Shown here in pieces: positions 42,619 through 56,254 of a stretch of DNA of 64,000 nt; the stretch's first letter is position 1, and every line of letters begins with the position of its first letter. Position numbers and translations under genes: made by a program. The stretch is from assembly GCF_009914755.1 (NCBI RefSeq), contig NC_060930.1, one strand, 5' to 3'. The notes below the pieces were generated by a model. It saw only the letters and a program-made list of their open reading frames with translations, was not told where the DNA came from and searched no databases. Source of the stretch: the human T2T-CHM13v2.0 reference genome, Homo sapiens.

Positions 42619-42666
42619 CCTGTTAAGAGTAGCAAGGAATGATGCCATGAGTAAAAGATGGAATCA

Positions 42667-42961
<295 letters not shown>

Positions 42962-42974
42962 GATGGAATCAGCT

Positions 42975-43119
42975 GCCGAGTGTGGTGGCTCACGCCTGTA
43001 ATCTGTAATCCCAGCCCTTTGGGAGGCTGAGGTGGGTGGATCACAAGTTCAGGAGTTCAAGACCAGCCTGACCAATATGATGAAACCCCATCTCTACTAA
43101 AGATACAAATATTAGCCAG
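42975..43119 (+). mobile_element. Alu left monomer
   Basis: Stops at attagccag; contains a tgtaatc duplication. Confidence 0.9.
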
Positions 43120-43716
43120 TAATCAGAAGTTAAAGCATTCATTCCTTAATCTATTCATCAAATGGCTAAGAAGTTTCTAAAATGCTCTCTTCTATGGAAT
43201 ATGAAGATAAATGAGATTTGACCCCTAACTTCAAAGAACCCGTGATCAAAATTTGTGTCTATGTGTGCGTGTGTGTGTGTGTGAATGAGGGAGATACACA
43301 ACAGGTAATTATGATATAACACAATAACTGATATACAGAAACATGAACATTTTGCTTGATCCATAATTAGTCAAATCACTAATCTGAGTCTCTTGTTTTT
43401 ACCCACTATTCCATGCTCCTAATAAAAATAACATTTGAAAATATCAACAGGGATATCTAAATAGATACACATTCATGTCCTATGTTTTGCAGTATGGTGT
43501 GCATCCTACATGTACAGGGTCGATTTTTCTACCTCCCTGAGATAAGCTCCCACATTAATCTGCTATGGTACTACTTTCCTCCCTTTATCAATGATTCAAA
43601 GAATAACAAGCCAGACATCCTTGGCAACTGAAATCATTTCAATGTATTGAAATCATAAGGTGTACTGGTTAGCTATGGACTGTGCTGTCTCTTAACCCAT
43701 TCAGAAAGATGAGGGT

Positions 43717-43993
43717 AGCCGGGCGCGGTGGCTCAAGCCTGTAATCCCAGCACTTTGGGAGGCCGAGGCAGGCGGATCACGAGGTCAGGAGATCGAGACC
43801 ATCCTGGCTAACACGGTGAAACCCCATTTCTACCAAAAATACAAAAAATTAGCCGGGCGCCTATAGTCCAAGCTACTCGGGAGGCTGAGGCAGGAGAATG
43901 GCGTGAACCGGCAGGCGGAGTTTGCAGACAGCGCCACTGCACTCCGGCCTGGGTGAAAAAGAGTGAGACTCCGTCTCCAAGCAAAAAAAAAAA
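43717..43993 (+). mobile_element. AluY with two small internal deletions
   Basis: gagatcgagaccatcctggctaacacggtg and gaatggcgtgaacc; TSD aaagatgagggt. Confidence 0.96.
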
Positions 43994-44699
43994 GATGAGG
44001 GTCACCAGCAAAATTTCTTTCATTTTACATTGTTGATATCTCTGTTTTAATCCGTAGTCCTTGTGGAAGGTGGCTGTTGCCTGTTATACCTTGTGAGGGG
44101 GCTTAGCTAATCAACCCTTATTAATTAGTCACTAATATGGGCTATGTACCAACAACTGTTTTCACTAAGTGGTGGCAGCACTAATTGATGGGGCATAATG
44201 AGCCCCTCCCGAATTACGAAGAAACATTGCTCCTTACCCTCTGTAGATGATCCCTTATAGATGAAGGGCTACCAAGGGAAGGCTGGAACAGGCATGGGAT
44301 GGCAGGGTCTAATTTGTTTTTAACCTGCTTCTAAGAAGTTGCTTAATTAATATAGGATTAGCACATTTGAAGGCTTGAACAGGTGCAAACACACACTTGT
44401 AACCAGCTGTGTAATTGACCGCAGTGCAACAAGCCAGGTCTGAGCATGCAGACCTCACTAATCACCTGCTGACCTCCTATCTGTGGCTGTAAAAAGACCT
44501 GTTCTTTTTAGTGCAGGATTCCCTGAATCTATCTGGAAGGCCATGTATGTTGGGATGAGTTGAAATTTTTGGTTTTTGAGCAAACCTTTGTAAATGGGTT
44601 CATCTCCACATATGATACCCCAGAAACATTGCTGCTCCCCTTTTCTTGGTTTGTTTCTGTGGCCTTACTAACAATCTGGGGAATCTTGTGGATGTTGTA

Positions 44700-45065
44700 C
44701 AGATGCTCCTTGCCTTCGAGGGGTTACATCTCAATAAACCCATTGCAAATTGAAACTATTATAAGGAAAAATGCATTTAATACACCTATAGGTTTATCAA
44801 ATGTCATAGCTTAGCCTAGCTGACTTTCAACATACTCAGAACACTTATGTTAGCCTGCAGCTGGGCCAAATCATCTAACACAAAGCCCATTTTACGATAA
44901 AGTGTTGAACATCTCGTGTAATTTATTAAATAACATACTGAAAGTGAAAAACAGAATGGCTGTATGAGTACTCAAAGTATGGTATTTATTGAATGTGTAT
45001 TGCTTTTGCACCATTAAAAATGAAAAATAATTGTAAGCCAAACCATTGTAGTCGAGGATCATTTG
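44700..45065. mobile_element. MER47A (TcMar-Tigger MITE)
   Basis: cagatgctcc...aaatgcatttaatacacc...gcaccatt...gtcgaggatcatttg; TA TSD. Confidence 0.9.
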
Positions 45066-45149
45066 TATATGCTGTGGTAAATAGGTCTCCAGGCTTAGAT
45101 CTCAAAGAATTCCAGAGTTCTAGGAGCCTTTAGGAATAGCTACCTAGTT

Positions 45150-45367
45150 CAGGGGTTGGGAAACTGCAATGTGGAGCCAATTCAGCCTGCGACTTGTGTT
45201 TATAAACCAAATTTTGTTGGAAAACAGCCATGCTTATCTATGTATTTATCCATGTTGCTTTTGTGTTACAATGGCAGAGGTGAGTAGTTGTGTCATTGAG
45301 CATATGATGTGCAAAGCTGAAATTATTGACTCTCTGGCTCTATACAGAAAAAGTTTCCTGACCCTTG
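45150..45367 (-). mobile_element. MER58A MITE
   Basis: caggggttgggaaact...tacagaaaaagtttcctgacccttg. Confidence 0.88.
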
Positions 45368-45599
45368 AGATCAAGGGTCCAATCCATACTATATTTTTCA
45401 GCTTTTGTAGTAAAATTAAGTAAATTGCCCTTTATAAAAAGTTTTCAAGGAGCTCACTGTCTAGCAGAGGAGATGAAATACCCAAAATATGTGTAAATTC
45501 CTTCCAAATTGCTATTTCTCGTACGTGAAATCTGATTTTTAAAAACTTCACTTCTCATTATTTTTTATTTTCCTGCACAGTAGATTGGGATCTAGGCCT

Positions 45600-45750
45600 A
45601 AATCTAGTTCCTATTCAGTCTGTGTCACCATACCTGGCATCGGTGTATCACATATTTGTTAATTTGTTTATTATCTGTCTTCCTCTATCACAATGCAAGC
45701 TTCACAAAAGAAAAACTTTACATTTCTTATTCACATATCCCTAGGGCCTA
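45600..45750 (+). mobile_element. L2 fragment
   Basis: ttgtttattatctgtcttcc...aatgcaagcttc. Confidence 0.55.
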
Positions 45751-45787
45751 AAATAGCAACCTGAAATATACTGGATACACAAAAAAA

Positions 45788-45970
45788 CTGTGTTTTATGG
45801 AATCTAAGAAGCCATCGGTTGTAAGTTGTACCATTATTTTATATACCACTAAGAAAGAAAAAGCACTGGCAATTAGTCTGTAACACATGCTGAGTCTCCT
45901 TGATTGAAAAATACATCCTTGTTCCAGAATTGTTAAAATGTGAAACAATATGCACCTTAAAACCAATGAA
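45788..45970. mobile_element. MER104 (TcMar-Tc2 MITE)
   Basis: gaatctaagaagccatcggttgtaag...ccactaagaaagaaaaa...gttaaaatgtgaaa. Confidence 0.75.
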
Positions 45971-46349
45971 GAAGGAGAATTGTCAAGTAGGTGGGAGAAG
46001 TGGCGATCTTATAATGATTTTCAAGGCTTAGCTAACATTTTGTCTCAAACCAAATCACAAATATTTATTGAGTAATTGCTTTGTGCAATATTCTGGCCTG
46101 GTGCTTCCTCCAAATCATCCCTTACCATAGCACCTTGGGGAACTCCTTGGCGTGCATCCCCCAAGCTGTAGAGACTCAGAGTCTGACGAGCCAATTTAGG
46201 ACTTAATTATATACTCCTTTTATTGATCACCATTGTTTCTAATGACATAGTCTTTTCTCCACAACTAATTTGTAAGCCCCTTGAGCGCAGGAACTGGTTT
46301 TTTAAAGAATGATGTATTCTTCACAGTGCTTTCCCTTTCTGTTACCCAG

Positions 46350-46460
46350 GGAGCACATGGCAATATAAGGGCTCCTGGGATTGAATCTTAAGTACAGAGA
46401 AAACCTAAGAATGCTTTTAGATAGACAGATAAGAGACCAGTAGAGAAGAGCAGATTGAAG
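46350..46460 (+). ncRNA. Candidate non-coding internal exon (111 nt)
   Basis: Acceptor ctttccctttctgttacccag|G; donor AAG|gtatgt; stop codons in all three frames. Confidence 0.35.
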
Positions 46461-47949
46461 GTATGTGTGAGAAACGTTATGTAATGAAAAGATAATTGAT
46501 GACACACACTTCCAGAGGGTGCTGGCGAGATTGATTCAAAAGCACACGGCTAGGGCACTGAGTAACGAGAAAGAAGTTGCAGATGAAGGATAAATGGACA
46601 GGAATAAGAAAGGGCTTCATCATTTAAGAATCTGAAAGAGACAAAAAGGTAAGGAAGGGACTAAATGGGAAGAAAGGGAGAAAACAAACCTTTTCTAATC
46701 TCATTAGCTTCACTCTTCCAATGTCCTCCCCACCTCTTCTCAAGGCTCCAGAGAATTTGTCTCCAAATGAAGCCCATTCTCTCTTCTTTCTTGTTAATAC
46801 TGCCTCCTCTTCTCCCTCTCTTCTTACTACTTTCCCTCCTTAGGCCTACTTACATCTTCTTTCCTCATCAATTCAAAGCTTTCAATTGGTCTTTCTTAGT
46901 AAGACATCTCTTTCTAGATTTAGACATATTTTAGGAATTATGAGGACAGAAAAGCAATGCAGGGGAATATGGGGAAGAGGAAGGAACCTGTAATTTATGA
47001 ATCACTTTTTTTTTTTCACATCTCCTAGGATCTTTACCTAGACCTTTCATTTAATCACAGACACCTTCCTTTAAAATTTTAGATACCCGTCCAAGGGTTC
47101 ACTAGCAAAGCTGTCGCATGAATTCCAGTCCTCTGGTTTCAGAACCCATATACTGTGCTGACTTTTTTATTTTTATAACATCATGTTGCCTTTCTATAGA
47201 GGTAGTTCCTTCTTCTAATTATGAAAGGCTCGTGCTTATGTGTATTCTTATGTTTAATGCCTAGTTTTCATTACTTGAAGAGATTTTGGCAAGATTTAGT
47301 ACTTTTTAAATATATTTAATTGCACAAGTAATACAGGTCCACAGGAAAAACGATTGAACAATCGTGATAGGCAAAATGAAGAAAATGAAAAATTATCCAG
47401 CATCCTTTGTGCCACGGCTTTCAAAATCAGTAAGATGAAAACCAATCCTCCTTCATTACAAAGTATTTTGAATAAGAATATAAGCTTAAGTGCTCATTCA
47501 GCAGCAGACAGACATGGGCTAATAGCTCAATGGCCTAACATTTCATCCCCGGACCAAAGCATTAGTTTTAGGCCTTCTTGTGTGGGATCTGTGGATTGTT
47601 TTATTTTCTTTCCTAATGAGCAATTGGACTAAAGGATCAGGTTTAATTATAACTAGAGTCCCTTTCTGTTTGTACATCACTGCAGACCTAATTGTAGGCT
47701 GGCATCCCTGCTGCGGCCTGAGTGGTCATTAGCTTGCTGATAATGAACTATGCTTGTCAACATGGCCTCATTAACCATTGTTTTTTTTTCAGCAACATGG
47801 TTGTAAGGGTTTGAACTTGTGATTGAGGATGTGCTGGACTCATCGTGCTGAGAGAAACTTGTCCAGTTACGTGGTTAGAACCAAAGAGTTTTGGCTCAGA
47901 CAAGTGATGCTATCCAAGGATAACTGGATCTATGCTGCAGCCTCAGGAA

Positions 47950-48120
47950 TGTGACATGTCAGGAAGAACCCTGACCTGAGAGTTAGAGAGTGAGATTCTT
48001 ATCCCAGCTCTGTGCTGTGTAGCCCTGTGACTTTGGGCTAATTGTATCACTTTCTGTCCTCTAGTTTTCTCACCTGAAAATAAGAAGGTTCTACTCAATG
48101 ATTGGTGAGATAACTTTTTG
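47950..48120 (+). mobile_element. MIR SINE
   Basis: atcccagctctg...ctgtgactttgggc...agttttctcacctgaaaat. Confidence 0.75.
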
Positions 48121-48202
48121 TCAATAAAAATAATTTTGCATGAAGCTTGTGCAAACATTTTTTTCCTTTTTTTTAATCAGTGATTTTATCTTCTTAGGTT
48201 AT

Positions 48203-48218
48203 ACACTAGAGGGCAGTG
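48203..48218 (+). promoter_or_regulatory. Candidate CTCF site
   Basis: ACACTAGAGGGCAGTG matches 13/14 of the core CCACTAGAGGGCAG. Confidence 0.5.
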
Positions 48219-48599
48219 GTACATTAATATTATAAACTATGAATGCACTTGGTACTGCATTCAGCTGAAAGTCATAGACATTTGAATTAGGAAGGGATCT
48301 TATCTATTTCTCATTCAAAATATAGGAAGCTGTTCTGTAGTGTCCCCAACAGATATTCTTCATGACCCTGTTGAACATTCCTAGTGTTGGGAACTTTGCT
48401 ACTTCGCAAGGCAGCTTCTTTTTCTTGTTAGTTCTACTTATTAGAAAGTTATTTCTTCAATTAGTGAAAAACCTGCTTTCCTATAACTTTTATTGCTGGT
48501 CTTGCAACATGGCAGAAAACTGTATCGCCTTCTTGTAATGGCATTTCACATCTTTTATAGAGTCGTATTACTGAATAACTGTATTTACCATTTATTGGT

Positions 48600-48980
48600 A
48601 ATTAGTAATTGTAAATTATAATTTATTGAGTATCAACTATGTATCAGCATTGCACCAGGCATCTTATTTACATTATTTTATTTAATTCTCACAATAAGCT
48701 CTGAGGGAATTTTCATCTTTATTTATCTGTATTTTACAAAGGCTCAGATCAAAACCACGTAACTGGTAAGCCATGTAGGTGGGATTTGAACCTAAGTCTG
48801 ATGAAAACCCCCTGCCATTGCTCACAAAACAACACCTCCTTTTATAAAGGTGAAGACATAAGACCCAGAGAAGGGAAGCAACCTGCTTGAGATCACACAG
48901 TAAATAGGAATAGAGTAGGAACCGGATTCTAGATCTTTGGAGAACACATTCAATTTTTCTTTGCCGTACAGCACAGTGCA
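48600..48980 (-). mobile_element. Two tandem MIR fragments
   Basis: gggatttgaacctaagtctga; aagacccagagaagggaagcaacctgcttgagatcacacag. Confidence 0.7.
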
Positions 48981-49115
48981 CTCAAGACCGTTGTCATTTA
49001 AGTCCCAAATCCTCTTTTCTATATGTTAAATGTTCCTGTTTCCCCTCATTGTTATTCCAATGGTTTCTTTGCTGTCCTGTCATGTCCTCTGAGTGTGCTC
49101 TTAATTTGCTGCATC

Positions 49116-49571
<456 letters not shown>

Positions 49572-50017
49572 CATTCTTTCTAAATTATAAAACTCAGAAT
49601 TCAAAACAGTGCTCTGTTTGAGTAGGAGAGAAGTCACTGAGACTGTATTTCCTGTCATTTGGACTTAATTTTCTATTAACATTGTCTAAGGTTGCATTAA
49701 TATTTTAATATAATGTTGGCTTATTTCAAATATAAGGTCAAACATACCTCTTGTTCCTTTTAGTTTTATTTTTATGAAATATAAGAACAAGACAGAGTGG
49801 TCCTGTTATGTTCCTATCGATAGAAAAAAAATCCTCCCTATCTGATGAAGAGTCTTTCTGAATTGATAGTAACCTAGAATAAATTTCTGGGTTCTTAAGA
49901 TATTCAAGGCATATGAACATGAAAATACTTGCATTTCTGGGATGATGATTGGATTCATTTTATATGTCAACATCCATGGTTGTTTTTGCTTTCCTATCAG
50001 AAATGCATGCTTGCTGT

Positions 50018-50420
50018 GTGTTGTAGACATTCATTGCTGTTTCCTTCCTGCCTATTATCTTTTGTCATAGCATGACTTTGACATCCTTTTAAAAAAGGCT
50101 ATGTGCAGCCCAAGAGGAGCTGTTGATCAAAGGGGCCCTGTCCTTGTCTAGCCAAGAGTTGGGCATACGAAGCAATGCTCTTTGCCTCAGGACTAGAAAT
50201 CCTGATTCTAGTGGTATGGAATGGAGAATTAGCAGTGACTGATTCATCCTGGTAACACCAATGCCTGACTTTTCAATATTTCCTTTGATCTGTGAGCCAA
50301 TAATTTTTAAATATATATATGCATATATATATATATATATATATGCATATATATATATATAATTTTAAAAGTTAGAATCAGTTTCTGATGATTGCAGCCA
50401 AAGCAATCCTCACTCATACA
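50018..50420 (+). mobile_element. ERVL/MaLR LTR fragment (LTR33-like)
   Basis: Ends agaatcagtttctgatgattgcagccaaagcaatcctcactcataca. Confidence 0.55.
50311..50360. repeat. (AT)n palindrome with two symmetric GC interruptions
   Basis: (at)5 gc (at)11 gc (at)7. Confidence 0.95.
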
Positions 50421-51936
50421 TCAATCTTTGGGATATATTTACTTTTTTTGAAATAGCCTTATCAGAAAGTTCTACCTTTTCATGACATAGCAGAATAGCT
50501 CATCTATCCAACAGAGTCTGTTAACCTATCTATCATAGAAACTTTTCAAACAATTTTTGGGATGACAGTTTTTAAACTATGTTTTCCACATCTAATACAA
50601 TGGGTGTGTGCTGAAAAACTAGTGAGAAGTGAAATTTCATAAACTGACTTTCCTAAGGGCAATTGCCGGTCAAAAAAAAAATCAACGTTGACATCCAATG
50701 TTGAATCATTTTGAATGCTAATCATCCATCTGTTTTATAAATTTAAAATTTGATGAATTTAGCTTTCTTTTTTTCCAAGAGGGAAGCATTCTCATGTTTT
50801 TAGTTAAATGCTAATTCATGTTTGAAACCTATTAATATATAGTTTTGGTGGCAATATTATATCTTTATTTAGGCTGTGTATCATAGGCATTAAACCATCA
50901 TAGCAATGGGACCTTTTCAATTCTGTTTTTCTTACTGTGTTCTTATCTGCACACTGGGCATCTCTTTCATGTGGGAAAATTCCAAATTCATTTGTAGTTT
51001 TATTCCTGACTTTCTGAGCTTCAGGTTCACATTCTCAACTTTTTGCATGAAATATTCGTTGGATTTTTCTAAAGGCATATACAGTTCCATGTGACATCCT
51101 CAAACCAAGTTCTTTATCTCAAAGGTCAGTATTGAGAATATCATTTGCTACATTATAAATCACCTCTTTGATGGTCCAAGGTGGAATTTTCTCCCTGTTT
51201 TCAGTACAGAGAAGAAATGAGCTTTTCCTAAGTCACTGACTTGCTCAGTTCTCACGGACCCTGTGGCTCTTCCAGAGTTGTGACTATTAATACAAAGACT
51301 CTTTGAGCCAAAATCATGGCCTCTCTGGCCCACTTGTGGCTTCCACTTACTTTTCTATCCCTGTTTTTCTCTGGCTTCATTGTTTTCTTTCTTTTAAAAA
51401 TTTTTTATCTTGTTATTTTACCTTACTGTATAGTATACATTTTTGGAAGCTTCTGTAAATCTTTTTATTTCCCACTGGATAGTAAAAACTAACCACATGG
51501 ATTGGTGCCTTTTTTCCACCTGTCTTTTTCTGTTGTTTAAAATTCATCTCTTTGTTAAAGGCATCTTTAAGCTGCCTACCTCTGAGGCTTAAAACTTGGA
51601 GTCATTTAAAGTGCTCTCTATCCTTCATTCTCTGTGTCTGGTTGTCCTGTTCTCAGAAGTTGTTCAGTTGTGCTTCCATAATATCTCTTGCAAACTGGAG
51701 AAAAAATGGAAAGGTGGTCATCTGTCTGGAAAATTAGGGGACAGAATTTGAGGAGATGTAATGATCTCCATCCCTCAGATCACTGATCTTTTGGTAAAAT
51801 CAGCTGCTTTCCCCCCAGTCTGTTCTATCTTTTACCTTCTTACTATGATTATTCTACCTGGATTAATTAATTCTTCATTACCAGTCATCTGGATGACTAA
51901 AATTATTATATAATTGATTTTTTTTTGTCTTTAGAC

Positions 51937-52119
51937 CAGTGATTCTCAAACTGGAGCATGCATCCACATTCCCTGAAGGACTTGTTAAAACACAGATTTC
52001 TGGACCACACTTCCAGAGTTTCTGATTCAGGACATCTGGGGTGAGGCCCAAGGATGCGCATTTCTGGCATGTTCCTCGGTGCTGCTGCTGTCCTGGGGAC
52101 CACATTTTGAGAATCACTG
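51937..52119. mobile_element. MER5A MITE
   Basis: TIRs cagtgattctcaaa...tttgagaatcactg; TSD ctYtagac. Confidence 0.93.
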
Positions 52120-52249
52120 CTCTAGACTGTCCCCTTCTCCATGCTACACACTGCTCCCAGGGTATAGTTCTTGGAGGAGTGCTACTTTTCTCAAAAGTTT
52201 TCATTGCCCCTGGATTGTTTATTGAATTTATTTTCACATGTCAAATGTC

Positions 52250-52610
52250 CTGCCTTGTATTCAAGACCCTGAATGATCCTAATGCAACTTGTCACTTTCA
52301 TTTCCTGGTGTTTCTCCCTAGTCTTGTAATACTTTTTCTCTTCCTTTCCTAATCTCTGCTTATTGATGATCCACTCGTTCTCTAGGGCTCTACTCAAATC
52401 ACATCTACTACATGAAGCCTTGCCTGATATTGCCAGTTGCCCACTGAAGGTCAGCCTTCTTTTATTCTCTTACAGTGTTTTCAGCATTATGCCTTTAATT
52501 ATTAGTGTAGTTGTCTTCTCTCTTCTACTGAATTTAACAGACTCCAAAACAAGAAGCAGGGACCTCATGCCTTATACATGGAAGGTCTTTAATAAATTCA
52601 CTTGAATAGC
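52250..52610 (+). mobile_element. L2 fragment
   Basis: tattcaagaccct...ctcaaatcacatctactacatgaagcctt...aataaattcacttgaat. Confidence 0.65.
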
Positions 52611-53237
52611 TGCTGTATAGAGGTTTTAGGGTAGGGACATAGAGGATGAATGTTACTATAAAACAGATGTACAGTTTTCCTGAGATCACATTTTTGTGCT
52701 AAAAATCATGTCATTGCCCACTGTCAGTAATACAAGTGAAATATTTCACAAAACATACAATAAGCAATTAAGACTTAAAACCCCAAATTATCTCATCATA
52801 CCATGAGATTTCAACTGAATAGTAATTTTTGTCTCATCTTGATTATTGCCAAAGTTTATTAATTAAATATTATGATCAGTTTATGGACCAAATTATATAG
52901 ATGAAAGTCTGTCATAGGAGTACACCCTGCACTTGCCAATTTGTAAATAATAAAATGTTATCTTTATATGCAGAAAAGTGAATAACTATATTAAAATAGC
53001 CTGGCCACAAAACACTGTTTCTGGTGTATTAATAGGTGCTGTATGTATAAGGGGGTTTTCTATTATATCAAATACTTTTAGAAAATTCTAGATTAAACTA
53101 TGTTAAATCTTATTGAAGACTCCTCAGAGTCCATATGTGCTAATACGTTGTAGGAATCTTTAGAAGGGGGCATATAATATTTACCACTTTTTAAAGTTCT
53201 TTTTTTTTTTGGTTCTAATTATTTTATTGTACATGGC

Positions 53238-53411
<174 letters not shown>

Positions 53412-53591
53412 TGATAACTTTCCTTACATCACATTTTGGGAAGTTAGGTACAAAACTGTGTTTGTTTGGAAAACAGGAATTGCCATTGCAATGACCTGAA
53501 ACAGGTAGCACTGAGCCTTAGATGTGTACCTGCCTTCACCCATGATGAAAATGAATCTCATGGTAACAACCCTGGGTGCACAGTCAGTGGA

Positions 53592-53682
53592 TTTCTTTTC
53601 TTTTTTTCTTTTTTTTTTTGAAACGTAGTCTCGCTCTGTCGCCCAATTTGGAGTGCAGTGGCATAATCTCGGCTCACTGCAA
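53592..53682 (-). mobile_element. Severely 5'-truncated Alu
   Basis: Poly-T plus about 60 bp of the right arm. Confidence 0.88.
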
Positions 53683-54020
53683 GTGTGTTGTTCCTGATGT
53701 CATTCCCTGCATTCCTTTGGGGGGTGGGGTTGTAGGAAGGTGGGTATGTGGATTGGTATTAACGCAGTAATGCATGTCTTTAGCCATTTCCTACTGGTTT
53801 TCTGAATTATCTGCTCTACACCTAGATTCTCTACTCTAAACCTCATCTCCTTCTATCTCTTTTCTGGCTGTCAAAGAGAAGAAAAATGCTTTTGCATACT
53901 GTGTAAATCTTTGATTAAGAGGGCAGCAGCAAATTCTAATCTCTTTGATCTCTTTACCTTTAACCAGTCTTTTTGGGAGCATTTTCTGCGTCTGGTAGCA
54001 TCTTCTTCTTTTTAAATCTA

Positions 54021-54699
<679 letters not shown>

Positions 54700-56222
54700 T
54701 GATGTTGACTTGCTTCCAGTTTGGATCTGGAATTTACTTTACCATTGTCTTAAAATAAAATGTAGTGTGGTGAAATATTTTTGAACTGTTTGTTGTCTGA
54801 GTACCCAGAAATGATACTATATCTCTTTCCAGGAATATTGTCTCACAATTTTGCTAATTTATTATCCTATATCCCCTTGCCATTGCTGTACTTGACTCAG
54901 AGATCTTTTTTCTGAATCCTACAATCAATGTCCAGATGACCACTACGATGTATCTGTTTCCCTTAATCATGGGGCTAAGGAGCATTTACGAAAGTCTTAT
55001 AATTATTTCTTCTGACCTAGACATGAGGTCCTCTTTCATCCATGTTCCAACTGCTTTTATCTCTTGTTGGGGGCACACACACTTGTCTTGCTGATTGATA
55101 TTTGAAGCCCTAGGCATTAAATGTCCATAGTGAACACTTTCTTCCAGTTTGGTGAAAAATGACCAAACATTCTTGAGCTCTGCTTGTAAATCCATGTCCT
55201 AGCCATAGTCTGAGTTTTAAAATTGCTCAACTGGGGATTTAAAAACTCCACCAGATTCTCATTTTCCTTTCAGATTTTTGTAAGGTTCAAATGATCTAGT
55301 AAATGTGAAGCTACCTTGAGATCTCATATACTTTTCCCCAATATTCTGGGTCTCACTTAGCCTTTATTCTTTGGTCCTTACCTTGGGGTGCCTAACTTTG
55401 CAGCCTGACAAACTAACTTCAGAGTAGATCTGCCTCTTGCTCCGTTTCCTAGCAATGATAAAATGGTGGATGGGCCTCAAAATGATGGAAGATTTTTCTA
55501 TTCGAAACTGGAAACAACAGTGAACCTGTCAAAGTGTGGCTAACGTGTCACTGTCTTCATGACATACAGACAGAAGAAGGAGATGCCAGTGACAAGCAAA
55601 GTAACTCCCCCACGGCATGGGAAGAGCCAGCATCTGCTGCTGTCCAGGAATACAGTCTCACTGCTGCAGTCAAGGAAGGCCAAAGAAGCCACCGGGGAAA
55701 ACCAACCCATCCCGGGGACACTGGAGGCTCACTCCTTCCTCGCTGCATTCTGAGGCTGCTGCTTTGGAGTGAGAGGTAGAGAAACTCTCCTTCTGTCTAT
55801 AGCTCTTCTAAGAACAACAAAACATGATGCTCCAGGAAAGCTACTTTTGCATCTTTTCTAAGAAAGCCTCCTTCTGGCTCTGTTTTCTCCTAGATTATCC
55901 TCTGCTTCTCCTGAAAGAGAAGGTGATATGCCCAGGACCCTTCCTGAGTAAGATGTGTTCCTCAGAGGTTAAAAAAGAAAAAAAAGCCCCAAACCCCTGA
56001 AACCAAGAAATCAAGACAGCTCTGGTGGAGAAGCTTTTGGGAACTTGCTGGGGCAGGTGAGGTCTTTCAAAGCTTAAATCAGTCAAGAGGTGAGACACTT
56101 TCTCTCTAGAAACTCGGGTCATAGCCACCCCTCTGAGATATTCTTCCCTCTGCTGATGTCATGTGGTGTGGAAACCCTCTTCTCGTGGCTGAAAACAATC
56201 CTAAAGAAAGTCAGCCTCATCT

Positions 56223-56254
56223 GGGGAGGGGGTGCAGCGGGGGGAGAATGGGGG
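56223..56254 (+). other. Potential G-quadruplex
   Basis: G4-a-G5-tgcagc-G6-agaat-G5. Confidence 0.7.

Noticed and set aside
43717-43745. ggctcaagcc variant reminiscent of macaque AluY subfamilies
   Set aside because: A single substitution; the other macaque diagnostics are absent, so it does not identify the species
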